Numbered from the stretch's first letter, positions 7,268 through 19,353 are shown. The stretch: DNA of 44,126 nucleotides from Planctomycetota bacterium (GCA_021413475.1 JAIOQJ010000325.1:1-44126), one strand, 5' to 3'. Notes: a model not told the origin generated them from the sequence alone. Numbers and translations: made by a program.

Positions 7268-8185
7268 TCAACCGCACGGAGAGTTTCCTTCGAGACAACT
7301 TCCCAGGCAAACCGCCACCGGCGTTTTGGCGTGGCCGATCGGATCGGTGAACAGGTCCGCTTGTTTAGTGATGTTCGGCACCTTCCCGTCCACAATTTTT
7401 TCGCGCAAGTTCATTACCGCCTGGCCAACTGGAACGACAAAAATGACTTCCCGCTTGTACTTCTCCGCATATTGCTTGTTCAACGCTTTTGCCTGGTCGT
7501 GCATGGCCTTGTCGTATGGCTCGTACGCCTTGCGGAGATCGTCGATTTTCGCCTGATTGCGTTCTTCGTTGTTAAACTTGGTCCTCAGATTTTTGGGGTC
7601 GTCGAAGAGCATCCACGAAGCTTGAATCAGCACGCGGGCATTCGGGTTTTTCTCGAGTGCCAATTTCACGAAGTTGTCTACCCCCTCGTCCGGCAATTTC
7701 AAATGCGGCGACAGGGTCAGCACATCCACATTGCCTGTGTTGATGGCCTTTTTCACCGAGTTTTTTTCGTCGATCACGTTCCAGTGCTGGATCGTTCGCG
7801 TACCGCCGATCGATTGGGTGCCGGCAATTTCATGACCCATGATGTTGGCGTTCTTGGCCATTTCCGAAAGTAGATTCGGAATCATCATGTGGAAGCTGTG
7901 GCCGGCCGTAAAAACACGCTGGCCCTTGGGTGGATCAGCGGCGATTGCTGGCTGTCCCAACAAAAATAGCAAGAAGAAAAGTAGTCCGGTTGCTCCACAA
8001 CCGGACACCAATTGCGATGCAACCGGACTACTTGAAGCGATCGAAACATGCTTCGTGTTCACGATTTCGTTCCTTGTCACGGTGCCAATGCCGATTGAAT
8101 TCGCTTCGTGTGTTTTTTGTGAAGGGATATTGTCCGGTGTTCCAGGGCGATTGGGAAGCATTTTCCACTGGAAGTTCACAAACAA
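7268..8185 (-). CDS. Hypothetical exported protein; start uncertain
   Basis: Signal-like GLLFFLLFLLGQPAIAA|DPP. The mature part is Lys/Asn-rich. Visibly lower GC than its neighbours. Alternative starts are TTG 8011 or GTG 8008, just before the hydrophobic core. Confidence 0.65.
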   Translation of the reverse strand: MFVNFQWKMLPNRPGTPDNIPSQKTHEANSIGIGTVTRNEIVNTKHVSIASSSPVASQLVSGCGATGLLFFLLFLLGQPAIAADPPKGQRVFTAGHSFHMMIPNLLSEMAKNANIMGHEIAGTQSIGGTRTIQHWNVIDEKNSVKKAINTGNVDVLTLSPHLKLPDEGVDNFVKLALEKNPNARVLIQASWMLFDDPKNLRTKFNNEERNQAKIDDLRKAYEPYDKAMHDQAKALNKQYAEKYKREVIFVVPVGQAVMNLREKIVDGKVPNITKQADLFTDPIGHAKTPVAVCLGSCLEGNSPCG

Positions 8186-8398
8186 TCTTCAGATGACCAT
8201 TCGAAATACCCTGAGTTTGCCTACTTCCTGGGCTTTCGCGGGAACTTATTTCAAGACACCCACAGTCTTCATTTGATGTCGTTACCTTGCTAAACAACGG
8301 AGTTTCCGGCACGAAAGCCCTTTGGCGACGGCCGCCTCCGGGTTATCGGCACGTGAATTGCACTTAGCATCTTTCGCCTGGATTTTTGGAGGGCTTAC

Positions 8399-9235
8399 AT
8401 GCTCGGCTACCTGATCGACATGGACGGTGTTCTTTACCACGGTCATCAACTGATCCCTGGCGCGCAGCGATTCATCCACGAGTTGCTCGCCGCCGATGTT
8501 CCTTTTCTGTTTCTCACCAACAACAGTCAACGAACGCGTCGCGATGTAGCGACCAAACTCGGCCGTATGGGCATCGACGGGATTGAAGAACGCCATGTCT
8601 TCACCTGCGCGATGGCGACGGCTCGCTATCTGGCGCAACAGAAACCCAATGGCACGGCCTACGTGATCGGCGAGGGCGGGCTGCTCACCGCTCTGCACAG
8701 CAACGGTTTCGCGATCGTCGATCGCGACCCCGATTACGTCGTCGTTGGCGAAGGGCGCACGCTCACCTTCGAAATGATGGAGACGGCCCTTGGCATGATT
8801 CGCAATGGGTCACGTCTGATCGCTACCAACCTCGACCCGAATTGCCCTACACCCACAGGCATGCGGCCGGGCTGCGGAGCGCTCGTCGCGCTTCTGGAGG
8901 CTGCGAGCGGCATCAAAGCCTTCAGCGTCGGCAAGCCCAGCCCAATCATGATGCGCGGTGCCCGCAAGGAACTCGGTCTAAGTGCGGAACAGACCATCAT
9001 GATCGGCGACACCATGGAGACCGACATCGTCGGAGGAGTGCAACTTGGCTATCATACCGCCCTCGTTCTTACGGGTAGCACAAAACGTAGCGACCTCGGT
9101 CGTTATGCATACCAGCCCGATCTCATCTTCGATTCCATCAACGACATCTCGCACGAAATGCTTGTCGATGAGTTCGGCAGTTCGGATTCGGAATTGGATG
9201 AGGAAGGCGATCGCCGCCTGCTGGCGGTGAATTGA
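8399..9235 (+). CDS. HAD-superfamily subfamily IIA hydrolase (NagD-like sugar-phosphate/nucleotide phosphatase)
   Basis: N-terminal DxD motif YLIDMDGVLYHG, then FLTNNS, KPSP and MIGDTMETDI (HAD motifs I-IV). RBS GGAGGG lies 6 nt before the ATG. Confidence 0.85.
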   Translation: MLGYLIDMDGVLYHGHQLIPGAQRFIHELLAADVPFLFLTNNSQRTRRDVATKLGRMGIDGIEERHVFTCAMATARYLAQQKPNGTAYVIGEGGLLTALHSNGFAIVDRDPDYVVVGEGRTLTFEMMETALGMIRNGSRLIATNLDPNCPTPTGMRPGCGALVALLEAASGIKAFSVGKPSPIMMRGARKELGLSAEQTIMIGDTMETDIVGGVQLGYHTALVLTGSTKRSDLGRYAYQPDLIFDSINDISHEMLVDEFGSSDSELDEEGDRRLLAVN

Positions 9236-9248
9236 CGACTGAGGTGGA

Positions 9249-9289
9249 ACGCCCGGTGTGGGAGCACATCCACGCCGGGCGTTTTTTTT
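9249..9289 (+). terminator. Rho-independent terminator of the HAD gene
   Basis: 13-bp GC-rich stem (acgcccggtgtgg / ccacgccgggcgt, one G-U pair), 8-nt loop, then T8 at 9282-9289. It starts 14 nt after the stop codon. Confidence 0.85.
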
Positions 9290-9295
9290 CGTAGC

Positions 9296-9354
9296 CGAAT
9301 TCGCAAGAATTCGGGCTCTTTGCGACTCTAGCAACCCGAATTCTTGCGAATTCG
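9296..9354. repeat. Perfect 20-bp hairpin downstream of the BON gene stop
   Basis: 9296-9315 (cgaattcgcaagaattcggg) is the reverse complement of 9335-9354. 19-nt loop. It lies 10 nt from the minus-strand stop at 9365. Confidence 0.9.
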
Positions 9355-9364
9355 ACTAAGTCGC

Positions 9365-10147
9365 TCACTTCTCCGTCACTGCCCCAACAATCACCTGCTT
9401 CACATTCGGCAGGGCGTTCAATTTTCCCGCGAGATCCCATGCGTCTTTCAACCTCGCGGCCGAGCCGCTGATTTTGAGGACTCCGTCTTTCATTACCAAG
9501 TTCATGTCCTTGAAGCGATTGTCGGAGCGGCGGATCCGCTCCCAGGTGTCCAAGTTTTGGTCCGGTTCAATTGCGACGGGAACTTGCAGCGTCGCGGCTG
9601 GCGGCGGCTTCACGGAATTCGAAACGGACACCGTGGGATCGAGCAAATCCGGTCCCGGCTTGGCCACGACGCGGCTTGCTGGCGTCGTGGGAGAGGCGGG
9701 ATCGAGTTTCGCTGACGTATTCGGATCTTCGCCCAGTTCGCGAGCTTTTTTTACCGCGTCGGCTACTGCTTGCGGGATTGGATCGCTCGCCACGATTTGG
9801 CAATCGTTCATCACGATGACGATGCCGCTGATCTTGCGGAGCAATTCCTCGGCCCGTTTCGCGGTGTCTGCCGACGGGATCGTTCCCCAGATGGTCGCAA
9901 CTTTATCCTTGACACTTACGCCGATGCGTAAGGCTGCGAGTTGTTCGTCCTTCTGAAGGGCCCGCCGGGCTTGGTTGGTAAGAAGCCAGTCACGCCCCGA
10001 AAGGTCGGGCTGCTGCGCGACACGCTGATCAGCCGCGTGAACAGAAGGTAACAAAGAGGGATACGGCGTGGGTAGCAAGCCGAGTAGAATCGCGGCTCCC
10101 TCGTAGACCGCCCCTTTTACGGGCAGAAACTTGGCGAACAGGCTCAT
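9365..10147 (-). CDS. BON domain-containing protein (two BON domains)
   Basis: VSVKDKVATIWGTIPSADTAKRAEELLRKISGIVIVMNDCQIV and VMKDGVLKISGSAARLKDAWDLAGKLNALPNVKQVIV fit the BON pattern. Hydrophobic N-terminus. Confidence 0.8.
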   Translation of the reverse strand: MSLFAKFLPVKGAVYEGAAILLGLLPTPYPSLLPSVHAADQRVAQQPDLSGRDWLLTNQARRALQKDEQLAALRIGVSVKDKVATIWGTIPSADTAKRAEELLRKISGIVIVMNDCQIVASDPIPQAVADAVKKARELGEDPNTSAKLDPASPTTPASRVVAKPGPDLLDPTVSVSNSVKPPPAATLQVPVAIEPDQNLDTWERIRRSDNRFKDMNLVMKDGVLKISGSAARLKDAWDLAGKLNALPNVKQVIVGAVTEK

Positions 10148-10354
10148 GGTGCAATCCCCTGATGTCCGTCCCGCGATCGGGAATTAAAATCCCGGTCGCG
10201 AATCGGTTGTTGATTTATTCTTCCCGGAAACGGCGTCCGTGAGAATCTCGGCATGAGCGAAATGTGGGAATCTCGCGGAATTGATGTGAAACAATGAGGA
10301 GGAAGCCACGCACTCGGATCAGGCAAGAGGTGCCGATTGTTAGCCACCTGCGGC

Positions 10355-12091
10355 TCAGTCTTCTCTCTCTGGATTGAAGGCGGGGAGTTGCATCGTCTGA
10401 TTCAATTCGTTGCTGAAGGGGCTCTTCATCGGCAAACGCATGATGAATTTGCTGCCTTTGCCGAGAATGCTCTCCACGATGATGTCGCCGCCATGCTCGC
10501 GGAAGATCTTGCGGCTGACCGGCAGGCCGAGTCCCGTCCCACGCGAACCCTTAGTGCTGACGAAAGGGCGGAAAATTTCATTGATCTTCTCGGGATCGAT
10601 CCCCGTGCCGCGATCGACGACCACGATACGGGCCCACTCTCCGCCCGGTTCGATGAGCGTTTGCACGCCGACGTAAAGATCTTCCTGTTCCGCGACGGCG
10701 TCGAGCGCGTTGCTGATGATGTTCAGAAGCGCCTTGTGAATCCCGTCGGGGTCGCAAGGGACAGGTGGGAGATTGGCTGGCAGCCGAACTTCCAGATTGA
10801 CGCCCATCTGCTCGGCTCGACCTTGAACGACATCGATCACCTCTTCCACAACGTGGTTCAGGTCCGACATCTCGATGGAAGGTTCGCGTTCCTTCGAGAA
10901 GCTGAGCATGTCCATCACCAATTCATGGATCTTTCCCTGGTTCTTTTCGACGAGCTTCCACCCTTTGTGGAGCATGTTTTCGTCTTTGTCGGCCAGGCCG
11001 GAGCGGACCATGTCGCTGCCGAAGACGATTCCTTGCATGATGTTCTTGATGTGATGCGACAGGGCTGCGATCGTCTGGCCGATGGCCGCGAGACGTTCCG
11101 AATTCACGAGCGCGTGATGGTAGCGGGTTTCCTCGACCGCCAGGGCCGCTTGATGGGCGATGGCGATGGCCAGTGCAAGTTGTTCCTCGGTGAATTTGCC
11201 GGTGGCGTCGTCGCGGCCCTTCTTGGCGACATCTTGAATGCTCGAGATCGTGTCGAGGAAAAGTACCCCGTGCGTTTCGTGCCGGCCTTTCATCGGCACG
11301 CAGATCGCTTCATTGATTTTGAAATGCTTGATGCTTGCCCCGGCACTAAAGCGGTCGTCCTTCCCCGCGTCGCTGATGAGAACGCCTTGTTTTTCCCGAA
11401 GGACGTAATCCATGATCGTACGGCTGACGACGATCTGTTCCGACGTGTCAAGACCGTCACGCACGCGGACGGCTTTCGGTTCGAAAGCCCCAGTGTCGGT
11501 ATTCTTCAACATGATGCAGCCGTGATCGGCCTCGATCGAGCCGAAGATCAACTCCATGATCTTGTCGAGAAGCTGATCCAGATCGAGGATATGGCTGACC
11601 GCCTGGATGGTCGCGTACATGATCGACAGGTTGGCGAGTTGATCCTTCAACCATTGCGTCCCGGCTTTTTCGGGCCGGGCAAGGATCATGCTCCCCGCGT
11701 TTTCGTTGATCGTCTTAACGATTGCCGAGGACATCTCGATGTCTTGTTTCGAAACCATCCGGATGCGGTCGGCCAGGTCGCTGGTTACTTGATTGTCGAC
11801 GCGGCTGGGGCTGAAAACGAGAATCGTCTGCCCGACTTGAATGTGATCGCCGGTGTGCAGAATCGCGTCGAGGGTGGGACGCGTGTTGACGAGGGTGCCG
11901 TTGGCGCTGCCGACATCGTGCAGGCGAAAGGTGCCATCGCCGACGGGCGAGATTTCGGCGTGTCGGCGGGAGATTTCGGTGTCGTGCAGGCAAATGGGAT
12001 TCACGCGGTCGCGGCCGATGCCCATCGTCCGCTCAGGCAGTTCGAATTGCTTGCCTTCGTCGGTCCCCTTGATGACGATCAGTCGTGCCAC
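10355..12091 (-). CDS. FHA domain - GAF domain - histidine kinase (HisKA + HATPase_c) hybrid sensor
   Basis: The N-terminus (GRDRVNPICLHDTEISRRHAEI...HDVGSANGTLVN) is FHA-like. H-box AALSHHIKN. G-boxes DRGTGIDPE and GTGLGLPVSRKI. GTG start at 12091 with GGAGGG 6 nt upstream. Confidence 0.88.
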   Translation of the reverse strand: MARLIVIKGTDEGKQFELPERTMGIGRDRVNPICLHDTEISRRHAEISPVGDGTFRLHDVGSANGTLVNTRPTLDAILHTGDHIQVGQTILVFSPSRVDNQVTSDLADRIRMVSKQDIEMSSAIVKTINENAGSMILARPEKAGTQWLKDQLANLSIMYATIQAVSHILDLDQLLDKIMELIFGSIEADHGCIMLKNTDTGAFEPKAVRVRDGLDTSEQIVVSRTIMDYVLREKQGVLISDAGKDDRFSAGASIKHFKINEAICVPMKGRHETHGVLFLDTISSIQDVAKKGRDDATGKFTEEQLALAIAIAHQAALAVEETRYHHALVNSERLAAIGQTIAALSHHIKNIMQGIVFGSDMVRSGLADKDENMLHKGWKLVEKNQGKIHELVMDMLSFSKEREPSIEMSDLNHVVEEVIDVVQGRAEQMGVNLEVRLPANLPPVPCDPDGIHKALLNIISNALDAVAEQEDLYVGVQTLIEPGGEWARIVVVDRGTGIDPEKINEIFRPFVSTKGSRGTGLGLPVSRKIFREHGGDIIVESILGKGSKFIMRLPMKSPFSNELNQTMQLPAFNPERED

Positions 12092-12354
12092 AGTCGCCCT
12101 CCGACGTCGTCGCGTTCCGCCGGCCCCGAGCTCGGCTCTCCTTCATGATATATATCGCCCGCGAATTGAAATATCGGAAAGCGAGGGAACGTCGAATGAA
12201 AAGGGTATCCAAATCAGATCCCGAACGCTAAAATACGCTTCCGCTTACTCTCCACCCCGATGTTCATTGTGTTCTCATCAAGACACCCCGATAAAGATCT
12301 CGCCTCTACCTACCAGGCGTGGTAATATTCTGAAAGAAAATCCAGGAGTCCCCG

Positions 12355-13074
12355 ATGCGTTGTATCGCCGTTTTTTCGATGATGACCGTTCTGCTGCTCG
12401 GTAGTTTCAGCACGAGTGCCGATGCCGAGAAGGCCACACCCGCGCGCGAGGCACTGAAGCCGTTCAACATTCTGATCGGTAAATGGAACGCCACCGGCAT
12501 TGCCGAAGGGAGTGCTGACGAGCGTCAGAAGGGTCACTGGAACGAAGTGCTCGAATGGAGCTGGCAATTCAAAGGCGACGCCGCCTGGTTGAACGTCACG
12601 TTCGAAAAGGGCAAGTACTTCACCAAGGGCGAGCTTCGCGCGCTGCCGAAGGTGAACACCTTCCAGTTGAAACTGGATACCATCGACAAGCAAACCGTTA
12701 CGTTCGAAGGCGCATACAAGGATAAGTACCTGACCGTTGATCGCACCGACGAGAAGACCAAGGCCGTGGAGCGGCTCTACTTCGCCCTGCTGCACGGCAA
12801 CCGGATCACTTACTCGTATGAAGTGAAGGCACCTGGCAAGACGTTCTTCACCCGGGCCTATCGCGTGGGTGCAACGAAGGATGGAGAACCGTTCGTTGCG
12901 GTCGCATTCAATGATAAGGAATGCGTCGTCAGCGGCGGCGTCGGTACTTCGACCGTTACCTTCAAGGGGAAGACCTACTACGTCTGCTGCTCAGGTTGCC
13001 GTGATGCATTCAACGATGAACCTGAAAAGTACGCTGCTGCCTTTGAACTGAAACGGGCGAATTTCAAGAAGTAG
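12355..13074 (+). CDS. Exported YHS/TRASH-type metal-binding domain protein
   Basis: Signal peptide MRCIAVFSMMTVLLLGSFSTSADA. The C-terminal KECVVSGG...KGKTYYVCCSGCRDAFNDEPEKY resembles a YHS domain. RBS caggag. Confidence 0.7.
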   Translation: MRCIAVFSMMTVLLLGSFSTSADAEKATPAREALKPFNILIGKWNATGIAEGSADERQKGHWNEVLEWSWQFKGDAAWLNVTFEKGKYFTKGELRALPKVNTFQLKLDTIDKQTVTFEGAYKDKYLTVDRTDEKTKAVERLYFALLHGNRITYSYEVKAPGKTFFTRAYRVGATKDGEPFVAVAFNDKECVVSGGVGTSTVTFKGKTYYVCCSGCRDAFNDEPEKYAAAFELKRANFKK

Positions 13075-13093
13075 AAGTAAGCGTGCGATAGAT

Positions 13094-13181
13094 TGGCGAG
13101 CCAGGTTGCGTAAGTTCCTGGAGGACCGCGAAACAAGTGAAACGTCAAATCCTCCAGGGGCTTACGCAACCTGGCTCGCCA
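13094..13181. repeat. 32-bp-stem hairpin (2 G-U positions), 24-nt loop
   Basis: 13094-13125 (tggcgagccaggttgcgtaagttcctggagga) pairs with 13150-13181 (tcctccaggggcttacgcaacctggctcgcca). Confidence 0.9.
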
Positions 13182-13263
13182 TTTCACCACGTAGACACAA
13201 AGAGGACCAGGACGCGATCTTGGATTTCTTTGTGTCTTTTTCGTCGATTCTACGGGAGAAATC

Positions 13264-14184
13264 ATGTCTTTTTCGAAAGCCGTCTGTTCGCTGGTCGCGA
13301 TTCTTCTCTCGTTCTCCAATTCAACGCACGCCGCCGAGTTCGAATTGAAGGACGGCGACAAGGTCGTCTGGCTCGGCAGCACGCTCATCGAACGTGAACA
13401 GCGGTACGGCTACTGGGAGGCGGCTCTGACCGCCCGCTGGCCCGACCGCAAGATCACCTTCCGTAACCTCGGCTGGAGCGGCGACAACGTCTTCGGCGAA
13501 GCCCGCCTGGCCTTCGACATCAATAACCCTTCGCTCGGCTTGAAGCGGATGGTCGATCTCACCCTGGCCGAGAAGCCGACGGTGATTTTCATTTGCTATG
13601 GGATGAATGAGTCGTTCGAGGGCAAGGAGGGGCTAGAGAGGTTTGAGAAGGGGTATGAGAAGTTGTTGGATGCGTTGAAGCCGGCGAAGGCGCGGATTGT
13701 GTTGATGACGCCGACACCTCTTGAGCACCTTAATAGTCTTCCGGCAAATGTCAAAGACAACAGAATCGGGAATCTGACGCTTTACTGCGAAGCCATTAGG
13801 AAATTGGCGAAAGCCCGGGAACTTCGCGTCGCAGATCTTTTTTACCGATTTGGAGTTGAGGAACTGCTCGGCGTTTTGCGTCCCCCTCATACAGACAATG
13901 GCATTCATCTGAACGAATTTGGCTATAGTTGGTCGGCAAGTTTGCTGAAGACGGAACTCGGATTTAAAGATTCCAGAGGTGACAGTTTAGGTGAACCGCT
14001 CCGCCAAGCCATCATCGAAAAAAACAAACTCTACTTCTACCGCTGGCGGCCGCAGAACGAGACGTATCTGTTCGGTTTCCGCAAGAAGGAACAGGGGCAG
14101 AACGCGAAAGAGATCGCCGAGTTCGATCCATTGATTTCAAAGGCGGAAGCGGAGATTGATCGGTTGAAGAAGGTAAAGAAATAA
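13264..14184 (+). CDS. SGNH/GDSL-family hydrolase, exported
   Basis: Signal peptide ...LLSFSNSTHAA. Block I-like VVWLGSTLIE, block II NLGWSGDN, block III ICYGMNES. C-terminal NGIHLNEFG (catalytic His region). Confidence 0.8.
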   Translation: MSFSKAVCSLVAILLSFSNSTHAAEFELKDGDKVVWLGSTLIEREQRYGYWEAALTARWPDRKITFRNLGWSGDNVFGEARLAFDINNPSLGLKRMVDLTLAEKPTVIFICYGMNESFEGKEGLERFEKGYEKLLDALKPAKARIVLMTPTPLEHLNSLPANVKDNRIGNLTLYCEAIRKLAKARELRVADLFYRFGVEELLGVLRPPHTDNGIHLNEFGYSWSASLLKTELGFKDSRGDSLGEPLRQAIIEKNKLYFYRWRPQNETYLFGFRKKEQGQNAKEIAEFDPLISKAEAEIDRLKKVKK

Positions 14185-14188
14185 CCAC

Positions 14189-14273
14189 GTTTAGCCGCGA
14201 CTCGAAGGGTTTCCGGAGAGTCGCGCGAGGGACACACGCGATTCTCCGGAAACCCTTCGAGTCGCGGCTAAAC
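14189..14273. repeat. Perfect 31-bp-stem hairpin, 23-nt loop
   Basis: 14189-14219 (gtttagccgcgactcgaagggtttccggaga) is the exact reverse complement of 14243-14273. It lies between two co-directional genes. Confidence 0.95.
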
Positions 14274-14311
14274 GGGTTGTTGGTGAGTGGTCAAGTAAAC
14301 GAGGAGCGACG

Positions 14312-17728
<3,417 letters not shown>

Positions 17729-17805
17729 GCCGCTTGCGGCTTAGCGCTCGCTCTCGTAAGGTGAAATCTAAGTCACGTGAGAGCGAGCGCTAAGCCGCAA
17801 GCGGC
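17729..17805. repeat. Family B hairpin: perfect 27-bp stem, 23-nt loop, filling the whole gap between convergent stop codons
   Basis: 17729-17755 (gccgcttgcggcttagcgctcgctctc) is the exact reverse complement of 17779-17805. Flanked by TGA 17726-17728 and TAA(-) 17806-17808. Confidence 0.95.
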
Positions 17806-19353
17806 TTAAAACCGATATCGGAACTCAAATCGCATCTGATCGCGGGCCATGTATTTGCCCGTCACGGACGTGACATTGCCGATGCCGAAGTCGAGCTTGT
17901 CGCAGAAGAATAGTCGGATGCCTGGCCCGAGTTGGATCAGCGTTTTTCCACTGGCTCGTTGGAAGGATCCAAATACCGGATCGGTGTAGGCACCGTCCTG
18001 GAACGAATAGCCATTCCATTCCATGGTGCCGACCAACTGAATCGATGGGATCGGCTTCCAAAGCAGGTAATTCAGACTGAAATGATGATGGAGCAAGGCA
18101 CCCGCATAGTCGTTGTCGCCGCCGAGCGGAATCCACTCCGCGACTTGTGCTTGCAGGTAGCACTTTTCGCTCACTTGCAGACCGATCAGCACCGACGGCT
18201 CCAGGCTGACGTGTCCAGCACCATGTCCCTTCAGAAAGTTGCCGGACGGCAACGTCGTGCGCATCTGAAAAGCGACGAGAAGCAATTCACTGTCGAGCAG
18301 GAGCGTCTTCGTTCCGAGCGTAATGTCGCCAAAGCCCGCGGCGTGTTTCCCAAGCGCGGGATCAAGCGAACGATAAGGCGTTGACACGGAGGCGCTGAAG
18401 GCACCGGTCGCGGTTTCCGTGTATTGCACCAGTTCGTGGGCGTCGAGATGCGGAATCGATTTCGCGACATTGCTCGTGGTCTTGGGTCCCTTGCCTTTGC
18501 CATCGCCGCGCGCCCAGAAGAATTCACCGCGGTCGGGGAATTGCATGTGGTTGAAGTATTCCCAGCGGAGGCGAGTTTGGCTGACTGGTCGGGCGGCATC
18601 GGCGAAGAAAGCCGCGTCGGCTAGCGGTGTCCACTTGGGTTGATAGCACGGGTCGGGGCAGCAGACGGCCTCGTAAATCGCGGCGATCACTTTCGGGAAA
18701 TGGCCATCCTGCGGAAGATGATCACAGTGGGCTTGGCCCGGCGCGCACTGCCGGCCGTTGCCGCACGATTCGCATCCGCCGCTTGGTCGATAACCCTGTT
18801 CGGAAGCATCCACGATTTGTGAAAGTGCGTCGATCCCGAAGGTCTTACCGCTAATTTTGATCAGACCGGGCTCTTTTGCGGGTGCAATTTCGACCGGAGG
18901 ATTTTGTTTCGTCTCGTTGACCGGCTCGGGTGGCGGTAGAACCGGCGGCTTGGGTTCGATAGGATCGGCTTTCGTTGCCGGCAAGGGCGGGGGCAATTCG
19001 GGTTCCTTCACCTGGAGAGTCGTAATCGTGGAGGTGAAGGTGGCAGGCACCACCCCGCTCTTCGGGCGTGGGATCGGCGGAACCAGCATTCCAGTTGATT
19101 CGATCTGCTCGCCGATCATTTTCTCGAGTGCTTCCACGGACACGAGGGTAGGCTCTTCCACGGTCGGTCGTTGCGCGCGTTCGAGGGCGGGAATGGGCTC
19201 CTTGGCCGCGACTTCCTTCTTTATCTCGAGTGTTTTTAAATTGGGTTCAGCAGTGCGGGGCGTCGCGCAACCTGCGCAGACCAGCAGAAGAACGCCCAGC
19301 ACACGCTGAACGCTTTGCCGATGGCTGTGCCGATAAACGCGTGATCCCCGCAT
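17806..19353 (-). CDS. Putative outer-membrane beta-barrel protein (Phenol_MetA_deg-like C-terminal half) with lipoprotein-type signal, Pro-rich linker and Cys-rich segment
   Basis: LLLVCAGC lipobox-like signal. Pro-rich linker PELPPPLPATKADPIEPKPPVLPPPEP. Cys-rich segment GGCESCGNGRQCAPGQAHC...CCPDPC. GFGDITLGTK and a terminal ...RFEFRYRF aromatic end are typical of beta-barrels. Confidence 0.55.
   Translation of the reverse strand: MRGSRVYRHSHRQSVQRVLGVLLLVCAGCATPRTAEPNLKTLEIKKEVAAKEPIPALERAQRPTVEEPTLVSVEALEKMIGEQIESTGMLVPPIPRPKSGVVPATFTSTITTLQVKEPELPPPLPATKADPIEPKPPVLPPPEPVNETKQNPPVEIAPAKEPGLIKISGKTFGIDALSQIVDASEQGYRPSGGCESCGNGRQCAPGQAHCDHLPQDGHFPKVIAAIYEAVCCPDPCYQPKWTPLADAAFFADAARPVSQTRLRWEYFNHMQFPDRGEFFWARGDGKGKGPKTTSNVAKSIPHLDAHELVQYTETATGAFSASVSTPYRSLDPALGKHAAGFGDITLGTKTLLLDSELLLVAFQMRTTLPSGNFLKGHGAGHVSLEPSVLIGLQVSEKCYLQAQVAEWIPLGGDNDYAGALLHHHFSLNYLLWKPIPSIQLVGTMEWNGYSFQDGAYTDPVFGSFQRASGKTLIQLGPGIRLFFCDKLDFGIGNVTSVTGKYMARDQMRFEFRYRF

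Noticed and set aside
10337-12148. 603-aa ORF on the plus strand
   Set aside because: It lies exactly antisense to the FHA-GAF-histidine kinase gene, whose motifs (FHA, H-box, G-boxes) are unambiguous. The antisense translation is low-complexity and D/H/R/A-rich with no recognisable domain, which is the typical shadow ORF of GC-rich DNA.
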